A stretch of 64,000 bases of DNA from Isurus oxyrinchus (taxonomy: Eukaryota): NCBI GenBank assembly GCA_026770705.1, contig JANJGN010000026.1, positions 33,294,001 to 33,358,000 on the forward strand. Reading direction: 5' to 3'. The notes beneath the pieces are model-generated. The model was given only the letters and a program-made list of their open reading frames with translations. It was not told where the DNA came from and did not search any database. Made by a program: the position numbers and the translations under genes. Positions 22,566 to 35,842 of the stretch are shown piece by piece. Each line of letters starts with the position of its first letter. Position 1 is the stretch's first letter.

Positions 22566-24139
22566 CTTATTGTTCTTGAGAGACATTTTGAGAATCAGAG
22601 CCAGAAGATGGGGTTGAGTTCTTTATACTAAGTGCAGTGTTAAACGTTACAATAAAACTCACCATCTGGACTCTCTCTCCCTCTGTATTTTACTCTCTTT
22701 GTGTATCTTTGTGTCACTCTCTAGCTCTTTATTTCCATAACTCTATCTCTGAATTGTTGTGTGTCTTGAAGGAAGTTGAAGAAAGAAATATGCAGACAAA
22801 TTAAGGAATTTAGTAACAAACAGATTAATAATAATGGGGCTTGCGCAACGTAGTATTACGTCAGTAGAAGAAGTATGTAAAGGGGCTAAGGGAATTGAGT
22901 TCCCACAATGTGGACTGTTGTCTTTATAAAGCAAAATGCAAATAAAAAAGAAAGGCAAGGTAACGGCGAATGAAACTGATCAGGGTGAGAAGTAAAGGCA
23001 GTGGAGCATCTAGGCATTGATGACTATAACAAAATATGCTCCAAGATGAGGATAGGGATTAATAAAATTTTGAGGGAAACCAACTAACCATCTGGTTGAT
23101 TGAACGCTAGGCAATTCCAGTGAAGCGGGATGGTCGAGTGATTGAGGTAATGGGCATAAAATAGAATAAATGAATGCTCACGTGCAATTGAACTCCATTC
23201 CTGGGAGTTTGTTTATCAGTGCTGCTCCTACTTTTGTTGATTAAAGAAAATGGAGGTAAGGTACTGAAGTTGATGGACAGAGCAACAATTCTCTTAGTAA
23301 ATGCGGAGCAAGCTCGAGGGGCTGAATAGCCTCCTTCTGTTCGTGTACGGAAATATTATGTCTCCAGATGCAGAGTTTAAGTTTGTCCCAGGGAGAGAGA
23401 TGCAGAGAGGGGGACCGAAAAATAGAATGTTGGGCTGACAGGGAAATAACAAGCAATTTATTTAAAGCAAAAAGAAATTTTGGCACAGTGTGTGACAATG
23501 ACAGATAAGTTCAGGGGTTTAAAAGACGCTCTTGGAAAGTCAGTTGTTGAAGACGATTGGGATTTAATTGGGGCAACTGAAGGCAATTGGGATTAAAACC
23601 ATTAAATACTGTAGTGATAAACAAAACAATGTTGTAGAATTGGCGGGTATATGAACTCCTCGTATTTCTGTCTTACATCTCCCCATCTTTTAGCAGATTA
23701 ATAAAAACAACTAATAAATAGTGGAGGTGAGTGGGGATGTTAGAGACTACCGCTCTGAACTACCACATTTTCTAACCACCTAGCCTCAATGCCTGAGGGA
23801 CGTGCAGCTGTTAACCGTTCTCACTGTTCAGTTTCCCCAGTTCTAAACAGCAGTTAAACGATCGGTTTCTGTACTGCGGTCGCTGACAGTTCGATGTCCG
23901 TTGCTCAGCAGAACCGGATTTAGTCAGACTGAAATTGCACAATGGGACAAAATTAAAACACAATTTGCTGGAAATCAGAAATTGAACCGAAGGATTTTAT
24001 AGAATGAGCGGCGGGCTCTCTCTCTCTCTCTTTGACTGTCTCTGTTTCGCCCTACCTCTATATGTTTCTGTCTCTGTCCTCGTCTGCCCCTCTCTCCCTT
24101 AGACTAACAGTTGCGTCAAATCTGGGTGTGATTTACAGG

Positions 24140-24366
24140 GACATTATAGAGGGAGCTTTACTCTGGATCTAACCCCGTGCTGTACCTGTCCTGGGGGTAT
24201 TTGATGGGGACAGTATGCAGGAAGCTTTACTCTGTATCTAACCCCGTGCTTTACCTGCTCTGGGAGTGTTTGATGTGGATGTTATAGGGGAAGCTTTATT
24301 CTGTATCTTTCCCCGTGCTGTATCTGCCCTGGGTTTCTTTTTGACAACGTAGAGGGAGCTTTACTT
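24140..24366. repeat. About 69-bp tandem repeat (3+ units) of a common shark minisatellite type
   Basis: Unit GAGGGAGCTTTACTCTGTATCTAACCCCGTGCTGTACCTGTCCTGGGAGTGTTTGATGGGGACAGT, starting near 24150, 24219, 24289 and 24354. Confidence 0.85.
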
Positions 24367-25829
24367 CGAGAGGGAATGAAATAGAGAAAGGACGCGCAGA
24401 GAGAGGACGAGAGAGAGATCGGGAGCATTAACTTTTCATATGCAACTTTAAAAATTATATTATTGTTCTAAAATGAGTTGGTTTTGTAGTTAAACCGACT
24501 GTCTTTTTTTTCCAGACCTGTTTGGCCGGACATTCAGAAACACAAGATCGTTTTTAAGAAATTGCTTTTTTACTGAAATAATCCTTTTCGGTTCAATCAA
24601 AGAAGTTCCTCGGGGTTATTTTCCTGTCGAACTTTTTAGCTTTTGATCTTTTATGCACCCTGGCATTTGAAAACCAACTGCTAACTGAATCCTAACGGAA
24701 AGTTTTCTGCTCGTGTTTGCACCGACTGTATTACGTTCAATGTTACCGTGCATAACTTCGTTTCATCTAGTATGTTTCACTTTCAGTTAGGTTTAAACAT
24801 CATTGCGTCAGATAGCTTGGAAATTGAAAATAAGATGATTTTGAAAATAACTTGATTTCTTTCACTATGTTGTCTGCTATGTTCCATTCTATTGCAGTTT
24901 TAGCTCCTTACTTTGCTCAGGAGTATTATAACAAATTATACACATTTTGTGAAATTTATCAATCGGTTTACTTTGTCTGTTTCTCTCTGTCTAACTTCAT
25001 TCGATTCCATGGATATGTTTTGTCCAAGTAGAGATTAACACCATATCTCAGCAACTGTAATTTTTGATGATTCATATTTGGCACTAATTCCGATGTGTCA
25101 ATGAAGAGAAAATGTCCACTAAATGGAAGCAACATCCTGTTCAGTGGGGAATTTGTAATCAACATGGGAGATAAGAGTGACTGATGATTTAGTAGAAGTG
25201 CCAGCGAGATTTGATTTAATCACACGACACTTTTAAATGCTGCATTAAGAGGGCAGCAAAGAGACCAAATATATCAGGGAATATATGAATACAGCCAGAA
25301 GTTGCTTCCCAACACGAATTACCTTGCTAGGCCATTCTAGAGGGCACTTAAAGCTCAACTACATGGCTGGGGCTGTGGAGTCACATGCAGGCCAGACCAC
25401 ATAAGGACTGCAGGTTCCCTTCTCGAAAGGACATTAGAGAATCAGATTTTTTATGACAATAGATGATCGCCATTGGGACTAAGCTGTTTTCAATTCGAGA
25501 TTGGTTTTATTAATTAATTGAACAGATTCAATTCCACTAGTTGCTGTGGGGGGGGGGGGGGGGGGGGGTTGGGTGGTGGGGGGGGGGGGGGGTGAGATTG
25601 AACCCAGTCTCCACATCAGCACCGCCTGAGAGTTGGAGAAGTTTTGTAAAGCGGGGAGAACAGAATAGAATCAGGAGGATAACAATCCTGGAAATATTGC
25701 ACCACATCATAAAGTAATCACGATGTAATACAACGCAGTCAACATCTGTAAGTGACAGACACCGGCAGGTTAACGCGTTCCTAAGTGACCTAAGGCCTTA
25801 CAGGGACCAGTGACATTGCAGCTACCCCA

Positions 25830-26472
25830 CCGTCTTCAGTGAAGCCCAATGCAAACTGGAGGAACAACACCTCATCTTCCGACTAGGCACCTTACAGCCT
25901 TCCGGTCTGAATATTGAGTTCAACAACTTCAGGTCGTGAGCTCCTTCCCCCATCCCCACCCCCTTTCTGTTTCCCCCTTTTTCCTTTTTTTTCCCATAAA
26001 TTATATAGATTTTTCTTTTCCCACCTATTTCCATTATTTTTAAATATTTTAAAATCTTTTATGCTCCCCCCACCCCCACTAGAGCTGTACCTTGAGTGCC
26101 CTACCATCCATTCTTAATTAGCACATTCGTTTAGATAATATCACCAACTTTAACTTTAACACCTATGTGTTCTTTTGTACCATTGTCGCTGACATCTTTT
26201 GATGATCTGCTTCTATCACTGCTTGTTTGTCTACACAAGCACCTCTGTCTCTCTCTCTCTCTCCGCCCCCCCCCCCCCCCCACCACACACCTTAAACCAG
26301 CTTATATTTCAACTCTTTCTTGGACTCGAAATCAAGTTCTGTCGAAGGGTCATGAGGACTCGAAACGTCAACTCTTTTCTTCTCCGCCGATGCTGCCAGA
26401 CCTGCTGAGTTTTTCCAGGTAATTCTGTTTTTGTTTTGGATTTCCAGCATCCGCAATTTTTTTTGTTTTTAT
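25830..26472 (+). mobile_element. Penelope-like retroelement 3' end (GIY-YIG C-terminus plus terminal repeat)
   Basis: Encodes SEAQCKLEEQHLIFRLGTLQPSGLNIEFNNFRS*. The terminal about 130 bp is nearly identical to 35710-35840. Confidence 0.8.
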
Positions 26473-27472
26473 CTTGGTAGAAACATTTGCTCAAGTTTAC
26501 AAACCGCCAGAAGAATTTGCTGGAATGCATATATTTCACTGTGGATTTTTTTTTCTGACTGGTATAACTGCCATCCTGCGGTTTTTGTTTTTCAGCTCAA
26601 AAAATAAACTAGGTCATCAAAACCCTGTTGTCTCAGATATAGATAAAGGGAAGATGGAGGAGAGCAGATTAATGAGTCAAATTATCAGAAAAGTGAAGGC
26701 GAGCTGTTTTAAATCCAGTCCAATATTCTTAGTGTGGGAGTAGAGAGCCTTTTGAAGGTCTGCGCTCAATAACTGTTCGTGGATTGGTGCACAGAATATC
26801 CCATTTGCTTACGCAGCGCCGCAAAGGCCAGTCCTGAGGCCAAGTCGAGTTACATACACCATTTGTACCAGTGTTGGGTGAAAAACAGAAAAAGATGTGG
26901 ACAGGCCCACAAGTTGCTATAATTAATTTACTATTTCCATCAACAATTACAGAAATCAAAGGACGGCCCAGTCCATCCAGACTGCCCCGTAGTAGGAATT
27001 AAGTAAATTGGAATTGCAGTCACTATGGTAATGTAGGAAATGGTCAAATTATGCACAGCAAGCTCCCACAAAGAGCAGTGTGATCATTTGTTTCATTGAT
27101 ATCGTTTGAGGTTTAAATGCACGGGAGATTTGACCAGCTCTTTTGGTGGGGTGTTTAAGGTCCTCCTCGGGGAGGAGGGCGGGAGTGCGTGAGAGGCAGA
27201 ATTTCCATTTAATAGCTCATCCGAAAAATGCCACCACGGACATTGCAGCACTCCCTTCATACTCGCAGAAGTGTCAGCCTGAGTTATGTGCTCACGCCTC
27301 TAGAGTGGGGCCTGAACACACACATTTCTGATAGAGAAGCACAGTTGTGAGATGGAACAGTTAAACTGAGCCGCGGATAGCACTTACCCACAAAGGGTGG
27401 GTTTCTATGAGCTGGTAGTTCTACATCACTGCGGGTTTTTTTACAGCGACAGATGAGTTTTAAACCAGTGTG

Positions 27473-27896
27473 TTGCGGCTGTGTCCTGGATTTCCGCTCA
27501 AGTGATCGTTAGAGGAAACTTCTTTCCTTCGTTAGTCTGACCCGCCTCGGATTTCCCTTTGGTAAAATCTGCATCTCTTTTACTGCTTCTATCTCGATAC
27601 AAAATAAAACGCAGAACCTGATTCGTGTGCTGTCTGTACCAGTACAGGCCGGGATTACTATGATTTGTTGTGTAGCTACAGTCTATTTTCTTGCTGTCTC
27701 CTTCAGTAACATGCAGTGAGGTCTCAGGTTGGGACACAGAATCTGCCTGAATCAAACCTGAAATAAAACGTAACGGAAAACGAATGCAATACTGAGTTTA
27801 AAAGTCTATTAACATCACATAACTGCAAACGGATAAAATGATCTGGCTGCACCTACCGAACATCAGCCACAATAAAATCAGATGACGATGTGGCAT
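27473..27896 (-). pseudogene. TCR V pseudogene (V7), inverted: leader 27896-27857, V exon 27757-27473
   Basis: Leader MPHRHLILLWLMF/GTAGGT. Exon LIQADSVSQPETSLHVTEGDSKKIDCSYTTNHSNPGLYWYRQHTNQVLRFILYRD...KKFPLTIT*AEIQDTAA with the YYC missing. RSS CACACTG, 23 bp, AAAAAAACC (27472 to 27434). Confidence 0.9.
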
Positions 27897-29295
27897 AAGC
27901 CACATTATATCCTGAGCAACAATCTCTTCGAAAAGCAGATATATTTACTGTTGCAATCTGTTACATTAAGAAACAGTTCTCCAGAGAGCTTTAACGGAAG
28001 GGGAGTAAGGGGCGGGGGCTTTTGTAATTCTTCTGTAATTCTTTTCCAATAAGAAGTAGCGAATGAGTTAACTCGGTCACCACATTTTGACACGAGTGCT
28101 GACTGGCCAAATATAGTTCCTCTACTTCCTCCTACGCCGTCTAATGGCATCACTCAGTAGATGGAAGGAGGAGGGGACAATGTTTGGCGGCTGGGGGGAA
28201 CTATTCTGGATGGAGTTTCTGTTTGGCAATTCGCCCCTCCCTCCCCTCCTCAGACCTTTTGGTCAGGAGAGAAAATAATGAGGTCATTTAAAGAACAACT
28301 GTACATTCTTCATGTTGCAGGAGGAAAATAGCGAACCAGAGAAACTCGGAGAGAGAATAACAGGACTGAAAAAGACGGAAGAGACACAAATAAGGAAGGG
28401 AAGGGTGAATAAGAAACACTGAGGAAGAAATCACGCGATGATTGCCATAAGGGAGCAGCTGCTTTTCCTAGTGTTGTTCTAGCCATTGCCCAGTAATGGG
28501 TGATGGTGGCAAGATCGGCATTTATTGCCCATCCCTTGCTTCACATAAGGATCTTATGATGAGCCTTCTCCTCCAACCACCAGTGTGTGTATGGTGAAAG
28601 TGCTCCACAGTACAGCTTACACCGGAGTGAGAATTGACTGTGGTTTGTAGGATTAATTGATAACACAGCACATAAAGAGGTCATTTGGTTAAGCGTGCAT
28701 GTGCTTGAAGCCTGCAGGAGTTATCCAATAAACGCGAGGCTATTTTCTTTTTCTGTAGACCTGCATGTTTCATTTTGAAACATTTATCCAATTGCTTAAT
28801 ATTGTATCTGCTACCATCATTCTTTCAGGAAGGCTTTCAAGATCACAATAACTCGCCTTGAAACAAATCATTAATCCGCCCCCCCCCCCCCCCCCCCCCC
28901 CGCCCACCGCCCACCACCCCTCGTCCCCGCCCGCCCCGGAATGATTAACTTGAATCGATACCATCTGTTTATCGACCCTCCTGCCAGAAGAAAAGGTTTC
29001 TCCTCATGTACTTTCTAAGGAAATTTTCATAAATTTGGTCACCTCAATTAAAATTCCCCTTACTTTCTCTGTTGCAAGGGAAAGAAAAGGTTTCTCGATT
29101 CACTCGAGCTAAATGATATCCGTAATCCTTGACACCATTGTGTTAGAACATGAAAAATGTGTTCTTCATCATTTTCTTAATGACAGATTTTATTTTTGAA
29201 GAGTTGCTCCGTGGCAGATGCCTTTGCTTATCTCTCCAGCTTTTCTCTGGTATAACGATGATTTATACGGAGTAGAGCAGCTTTGAAACACTGTG

Positions 29296-29918
29296 ACCCT
29301 CAATCCGCAGAAATAGATGGCGCTGTCTTTAGGCTCTGCTGCAGAAATTGACAAAGGAAAAACTTGATATTGATGGAAATCACGAGCATCGAATTTTCCG
29401 TTCCAAACTCGCATCCCTGCGCCTGGTTTTATCATAGTACAACAGAGACTGGGATGCCTGGTTCGGGCACAGCCGGTACCAGCAGCAACCCGGATCATGA
29501 GAACTGGAGTTGTATTTACAGTTCAAAAACGGATTATCTCCCTCATGTACCTTCAACTCATATTGACTCTGCATTACCGAACTCCCTTGGGTTTTATCTG
29601 TAAAATAATATAGAAACTTCAGTTAACACACTTACTGGTTACGAACATTCCAGTCCACAATTACGGTATAACTATTATAAGGGACATTTGGATAATTCAC
29701 ACTAGAGAAAGAAAGACATTTTAGCATTTACAGATTACAAGGGGTAGAATGATAAGTCATATCAACACAGGGCTCACATGTCCCAGTATACCTATTACAA
29801 AGGAGATCAGGAACAGCTCAACAGCCGTCATCTCTAAAGTCCTGGCAAAATATTCCTGACTATAATGTTAAAGTCTTACCGGGCACGTGCTTAATCAAGG
29901 TTTGTTTCCTTGGCTCAT
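29296..29918 (-). pseudogene. TCR V pseudogene (V8), inverted; V exon 29597-29296
   Basis: KTQGSSVMQSQYELKVHEGDNPFLNCKYNSSSHDPGCCWYRLCPNQASQSLLYYDK, frameshift, GKFDARDFHQYQVFPLSISAAEPKDSAIYFCGLR. Heptamer CACAGTG (29295-29289), about 22 bp, ATAAATCAT. Decayed leader with GTAAGA donor near 29879. TGACGTAA upstream near 30055. Confidence 0.88.
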
Positions 29919-30089
29919 GATCACCGCAATGATATCCCGAAAGTTGCTCTGTTACAAACAGCAGAAATGACCAGGTGATAGACGTGAGCAAGAAATAAAC
30001 ACAGTTAGCGGCAGTCTGGTTGGGCTAGCAAAGATCACTTGTGTGCATGGTTACGTCACTCTAGTGGAGTACTAGGTGCCACAAAACCC

Positions 30090-31860
30090 ACTGTAATATA
30101 AATAGACACATAATCTGGAGTATTATAAAAAATTATTTAGTTTCGTAATGCAATAACTGAGGCAGGCCTTGTGCAATATAAATGAAAGCAATGTTTCAGA
30201 TATTTTAACCAGAGACATATTCTAAGTAAGTGCTAACTCAGTGCTTTGCGAGGTAAGCATGGCATACCGAAGTAAAAACTGAAACAAGCATCTAGTGTAA
30301 TTCAAACGAAGACAAGATTTAGTGCTGATATAACTGCACAACCAGTGGTGAAGTTTAAACACTGACGGATCGTGGTCTAACATAAAGAAACAATTTCTTC
30401 AGTGCAGTGATTCCTTCCTCTGATACAAGGTCTAGAGTAAAATAAAGATAGAAATGGGCTACCGCGGTAATAACTGACGCAAGCCGATGGTAAACTAAAA
30501 GGATACACGTCTATTTTAAAATAAGCAATGACATTGACTTGTGCGATGAAACCTGAGATAGGGTCTTGCATAATATAAGCAACCACGTGATTTGAAGCAG
30601 AGCATAGAGAAAGCGCTACGCATAAGATAAAGAGTTACATAGTACAGTGCTAACAAAGAAAGGTCATCTAATGCAATAATTGCTTGGACACAGTCCAGCA
30701 TAATACAAATGGCGACATGATCTACTGTCGCAAAAACAGAGGCAAGGCCGAGTTTTTAATAAGTTGAAACACACATTCCTGTGCATTAATATCTGTGGCA
30801 GAGTTTTGTGTAATATGAACAGAGATAATATTCGTACACCAATAACTGAGATAGGATTAGTGTAACTTAAACAGTTGAACAGTGTAATGTAATATGTAGA
30901 ACAGCATCTACTGCAATATAAACATGGCTGGGAGCTTGTGTAATATGAACAAAGGCAGAGTCTAGAGTTGCAGTAACTGGGCAGGCCCTCAATTATTGTA
31001 AACAGTAACTTTATCCATTCCAGTTATGACGAATACAGCGCCCAGAGCAACAAAGGAAGTGTCATGTTCTTGTGTAATATAAACAGGAACAGGGTCTCCT
31101 GGCATATAAACTGAAATATGGCCGACTGCACGATTAACTGAATCATCCCCCAGTGTAATATAGCTGAAGCATAATTTAATTAATTAATATCTAAGACCTG
31201 GCCGACTGTAATGTCAGAAGGGATGTGTTGGACGGCAATGATAAACTGACGCCGGTTCCGTCCGAAAGCAAACAGACACATGGTCGAATGGAGTAACAAT
31301 TAAGAGATGGCCTAACACATGTTAAAGAGTAGAAGGAGCTGAGTTCGACACGGGTGCAAAGACGCAAGAGACGAGTCCAGTACAAAATAGAATAATATGT
31401 GATCTCGTGCAGCAACTACGGAATTGCACTGAGACCGAATCTGTAGGAGATAGAACAATGGCATGGTGTTCTGGGATATTGAGTCAGAAACATGATCTAG
31501 TGTGATATGAAATCAGATAAATGTCCGGGGTAATATGGACAAACAGAGATCTAGTGTAATGAAAACTGAGATAAGGCCTAGAATAATCTGCAAAGGGACA
31601 TTTCGCATTTTACAACAAACAAAGATAGGATGAAAGTTAACAGAACTATAGTCTGGTGCAGTATTAAATAAAATAGGACCTAGTGTGAAATAAGCAAGGG
31701 ACGAATCTCATGCTGCAATAAAATGCCACTTAGTCCAATATAAACAGAAACGTGATCTGGTTTAAAATTATCAGCGGCATGGTCTAGTGCATTAAAAACT
31801 GAGAGAGGACACCATTTAAAACCAGTGGCATCGTCTAAAGCATTTTTTAACAAAGCCTGC
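30090..31860. repeat. Ancient degenerate satellite, unit about 27 bp (further patches about 33920-34075, 36340-36760, 37300-37420, 45330-45720)
   Basis: Recurring TCTAGTGTAATATAAAC(T/A)GAGACA-like units, for example consecutive 26-28-bp units at 31497-31600. Confidence 0.7.
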
Positions 31861-32449
31861 TGTAATCGAAAGGAAGGTATGGTCCTACTGCCACCAGGTG
31901 GATGCTGAATGCAATGTCCCCAGTTCGCCGATGCCAAAACGTTGATGGAAAAGATAGCTCTCAGGAGGACGCTAAGATTCTGTAAAGGAATACAAACCGG
32001 TTAAATGTGTGGAAGCAGCATAGAAGACGGACTAAGCGTGAAATCCTGCACTTGGTGATGGTGTTGGATGGATGGAGGACTGGTGGTGGTGGGGGCGGGG
32101 GGGTGGTGGATGGGGACAGGATATTACTTATAGATCACGGAAAGTTAAAATTCTGGCACAGTCTGCAGTTAGGAAATCAAATGGTATGTTAGCCATTTTA
32201 GAAACGGATTAGAGTAAAAGAGTTTAGAAGCCTTACAGCAATTGTATAATTAATTGTATATATCCCGGTGAGATTTCCTAGGGTACTGTACACAGTTTTG
32301 GTTTTGAAACCTAAGGAAGGATGTATTTGCCTTAGAGAGGATAAAACAAAGGTTGACCACATTAATTCCTGGGATGAGGTGCTTGTCCCACGAGAAGAGG
32401 TTAAGTCGGCTTTGCACACGGTCCACTGAAGTTTTTTTAATTCTTTTTT

Positions 32450-33590
32450 TTAAGGGATGTGGGCTCCGCTGCCTGGGCCAGCATTTTTTGCCCATCCCTA
32501 ATTGCCCTTGAGAAGGGGTTGGTGAGCAGCCTTCTTGAATCGCTGCAGTTCCGGTGCTGCAGATACACCCAAAGTCCAATTACAGATGGGATTCCAGGAT
32601 TTTGACCCAGCGACAGTGAAAGAGCGGTGATATTTTCCCAAGTCAGGATGTTGGGTGGCTTGGAGGGCTGATTCCTGATGTTGGTAATCCCATGTGTCTG
32701 CTAGTCGTGGTCCTGAGTTTGGAAGGCGCTGTCTAAGGAGCCTTGGTGAATTCCTGCAGTGCAGTTTGTAGATGGTACACACTGCTGCTATGTGCGTCGG
32801 TGGTGAAGGGAGTGAATGTTTGTGGATGGGGTGCCAAATAAGTGGAGCGTTTCATCATGGGCTGTGTCAAGCTCCTTGAGTGTTGCGCTCATCCAGACAA
32901 GTGGACATTATTCCACCACACCCGTGACTTGTGCCTTCTAGATAGTGACCAGGCTTTAGTGAGTCAGGAGGTGAGTTACTCGAAGCACGATTCCTAGCTT
33001 CTGGCCTGGTCTTGTAGGCATACTTTCATGCGCCTAGTCCAGTTCAGTTTCTGGTCAATGATAACACCCAGGATGTTGATATTGGGGGATTCAGAGATGG
33101 CAATGCCATTGCACGTCAAGGGGCGATGGTCAGATTCTCTCTTGTTGGAGATGGTCATTGTCTGGTACCTGTATGGCGTGAATATTACTTGCCACTTATC
33201 AGCCCAAGTCTGGACATTGGCTCGGTCTTGCTGCATTTGGACATGGACTGCTTCAGTACCTGAGGAGTCGTGAATGGTGCTGAACATTGTGCAATCATCT
33301 GTGGACCTCGTCACTTCTAACATTCTGATCTAAGGAATGTCATTGATGAAGCAGCTGAAGACGGTGGGGCTAAGGGCACTACCCTGAGGAACTCCTGCAG
33401 TGATGTCCTAGAACTGAGGTGATTGACTTTTAACAGCCACAACGATCTTCTTTTGTGCTGTGTATGACTATAACCACCGGAGATCTTTCCTCCAAATGCA
33501 CATTGACTCCACTTTTGCCAGGGCTCCTTGACGCCACAGTCAGTCAAATGCTGCCTTGATGTCAAGGGCAGTCATTTTCAACTCCCCTCT
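32450..33590 (-). mobile_element. 5'-truncated CR1-clade LINE (RT domain plus 3' tail)
   Basis: ORF DDCTMFSTI...QMQQDRANVQTWADKWQVIFTP...NILGVIIDQKLNW with a decayed RT catalytic region, and the tail shared with local SINEs. Confidence 0.88.
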
Positions 33591-34619
33591 GATATTAACG
33601 AGAGAGGATCTCATATATAATTCTTAAGGGGCTGCAAGGATTTCGGCTTCACCGTGGAATTTAGTACCAAGGCTCACAGTCTCAGCATACGGGGTCGACA
33701 ATTTGGTACTGATGGTTCTGTACCCATTGAGCTGTGGGGCTTCTGGTGACAAAAAGAATTAAGGAATATGGGGATATTCCTGTAACATGGAATTGAGATA
33801 GAATATGAACCATGAATTCACTGCTTGGTGGTGAAGACTCGAATGATCGATTGCCTAATATATTCCTAGATCGTATATTTTTATGTTGAACTGTCTCCTT
33901 ATTTTTACATAAATAGAGAGACGTGGTCTAGTGCATTCATTCGTGTTCCAGTGTCTAGTGTAATATAAACAAAAATATGATTTGGTATAGTGCAACTGAG
34001 ATAAGTTCGAGTGGACTAAAGACAATGACATGTTCTTGTACAGTAATGACAGAGATAGGTCCTTGTGCACTATGAGCAGAATCTCCGTTCAGCTACCATT
34101 ACGTGTCTACAGATTTCCAAAGCGCCACTACAACACTGCCTCTTTATTTTTATTGCACATTTTTATTTTCAGCACTGTTTGAAAGTTTGACATTGTAGTT
34201 AATGTAAAAATGGTGGGTGCAAGTTACTGATTCTCGTACTAGCAGGTCAACAGACACTGATGACCACCTCATCACGTTCAGCAGGAGGTAAAATGGGTTT
34301 TATGTGCACTAATTGAAGATGAGCTTGTTTGATTTACGCACAGAAACATCAACGGCAGAGGAAAGTGGTTTGGACCCCAGCAATCTTTCTTTGGTTATTT
34401 AAGGTCAAGAGAGGGATATTGACCAATATATAGTGTAGGACCATGAGAACTTTAATTCCTCCCAGAACAGCCAAGGTTCATGATCTCCCCAAAAAGATAG
34501 CATCTTTTCAATAGCCCGATTAGAATTCTGATATTTATGCTCAGGTTCTGAAGTTGAGGTGGAATCCACAATGTAATGACACTCAAATCAGAACAATCAG
34601 AAAGGAATAATTGGTATTC

Positions 34620-34850
34620 TAGTTGTGCGAGGCTTCTTGAGGATGAGTGACCAGAATATGATAGAATTCTTCATTAAGATAGAGAGTGACATAGTTGATT
34701 CTGAGACTAGGGCCCTGAATCTTAATAAAGGAAACTACGATGGTTTGAGGCGCGAGTTGGCTATGATGGATTGGGAAACGATACTTAAAGAGATGACGGT
34801 GGATAGGCAATGGCAAACGTTCGAAGAGCGCATGGGTGAACTGAAACAAT
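34620..34850 (+). mobile_element. CR1 ORF2 fragment (end of the endonuclease domain)
   Basis: SDQNMIEFFIKIESD...LNLNKGNYDGLRRELAMMDWETIL (SDH motif region). Confidence 0.8.
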
Positions 34851-35709
34851 GTCACTTTAGCTGAAAGACTTGAGGTAATATCTTATATTTACAAATATAC
34901 CATTGCATTCGCTAATGTAGTTCCTGTTAAGCTTCCCTATGCTAATATCACATAAAGCAGCCTGAAGAATACAATTACTAAACTTAATTCATCCAATTCC
35001 AATTTATGGGCTCATCAAACCTAAAGGAAAGACGGGGCACACTCACCCCATCTAAACTGTGCCCGGTCTCAGGAAAAAAGTGCCTATAATTAGTTGTACT
35101 CTCTTTCTCTTTTTCCAAACTCCTGCACGTCTTCCACTTCCAAGCATCCGTACAATTTCCTTTTGAAGGTTACAACTGAATATGTTCCCATCTCCCTAAG
35201 GAAATAAAGCCCAGCTCACAGCAATTCGCTGCATTAAAAAAATTACCTTTTGCCCTTTATTCCTCTACGAATTGTCTGAACATTGGCTGCCGATCCTTCT
35301 GCCAGTGGAATTAGCATCTCACTAACAATTCTGTAAAACAAACCTTCAGAAATTTAGAAACCTCTATTATAATCCCCCTGTAAGATTCTTGTCCTTTTTC
35401 TCTAATTTCTTCAGATACCCGAGGTGTCTCATCTCTGGTTCAATTTGAATAAATATCTTCTGGGCCTGCTCCAAAACTATTGCATGCTCCTGAAAGTGTG
35501 GTTTCAAATAAATTCAATACCTTTTTATCCCTTCAGATAAATTCTAGCGATATATGTTCGCTTACAACTAGTCTAAGCAATAACTTGCGTAATTCCAATC
35601 TCTGTACTAAGACTATTACTTTCGCTGACAGCGCACAGAATCACCTGTATGCTCAACAAAATTGGTTTGGTTAGAATCACCTGTATGCTCAACAAAATTG
35701 GTTTGTCTA

Positions 35710-35842
35710 GTTCTTTCGAAGGGTCATGAGGACGCGAAACGTCAACTCTTTTCTTCTCCGCCGATGCTGCCAGACCTGCTGAGTTTTTCCAGGTAATTCT
35801 GTTTTTGTTTTGGATTTCCAGCATCCGCAGTTTTTTTGTTTA
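35710..35842 (+). mobile_element. Penelope-like terminal-repeat fragment preceded by a 36-bp tandem duplication
   Basis: Near-identical to 26336-26470. AGAATCACCTGTATGCTCAACAAAATTGGTTTG is repeated at 35637 and 35673. Confidence 0.8.

Noticed and set aside
25547-25592. Poly-G/poly-C tracts (also about 11763, 26266, 28879, 59128)
   Set aside because: Simple homopolymers within or beside repeats, with no evidence of function.
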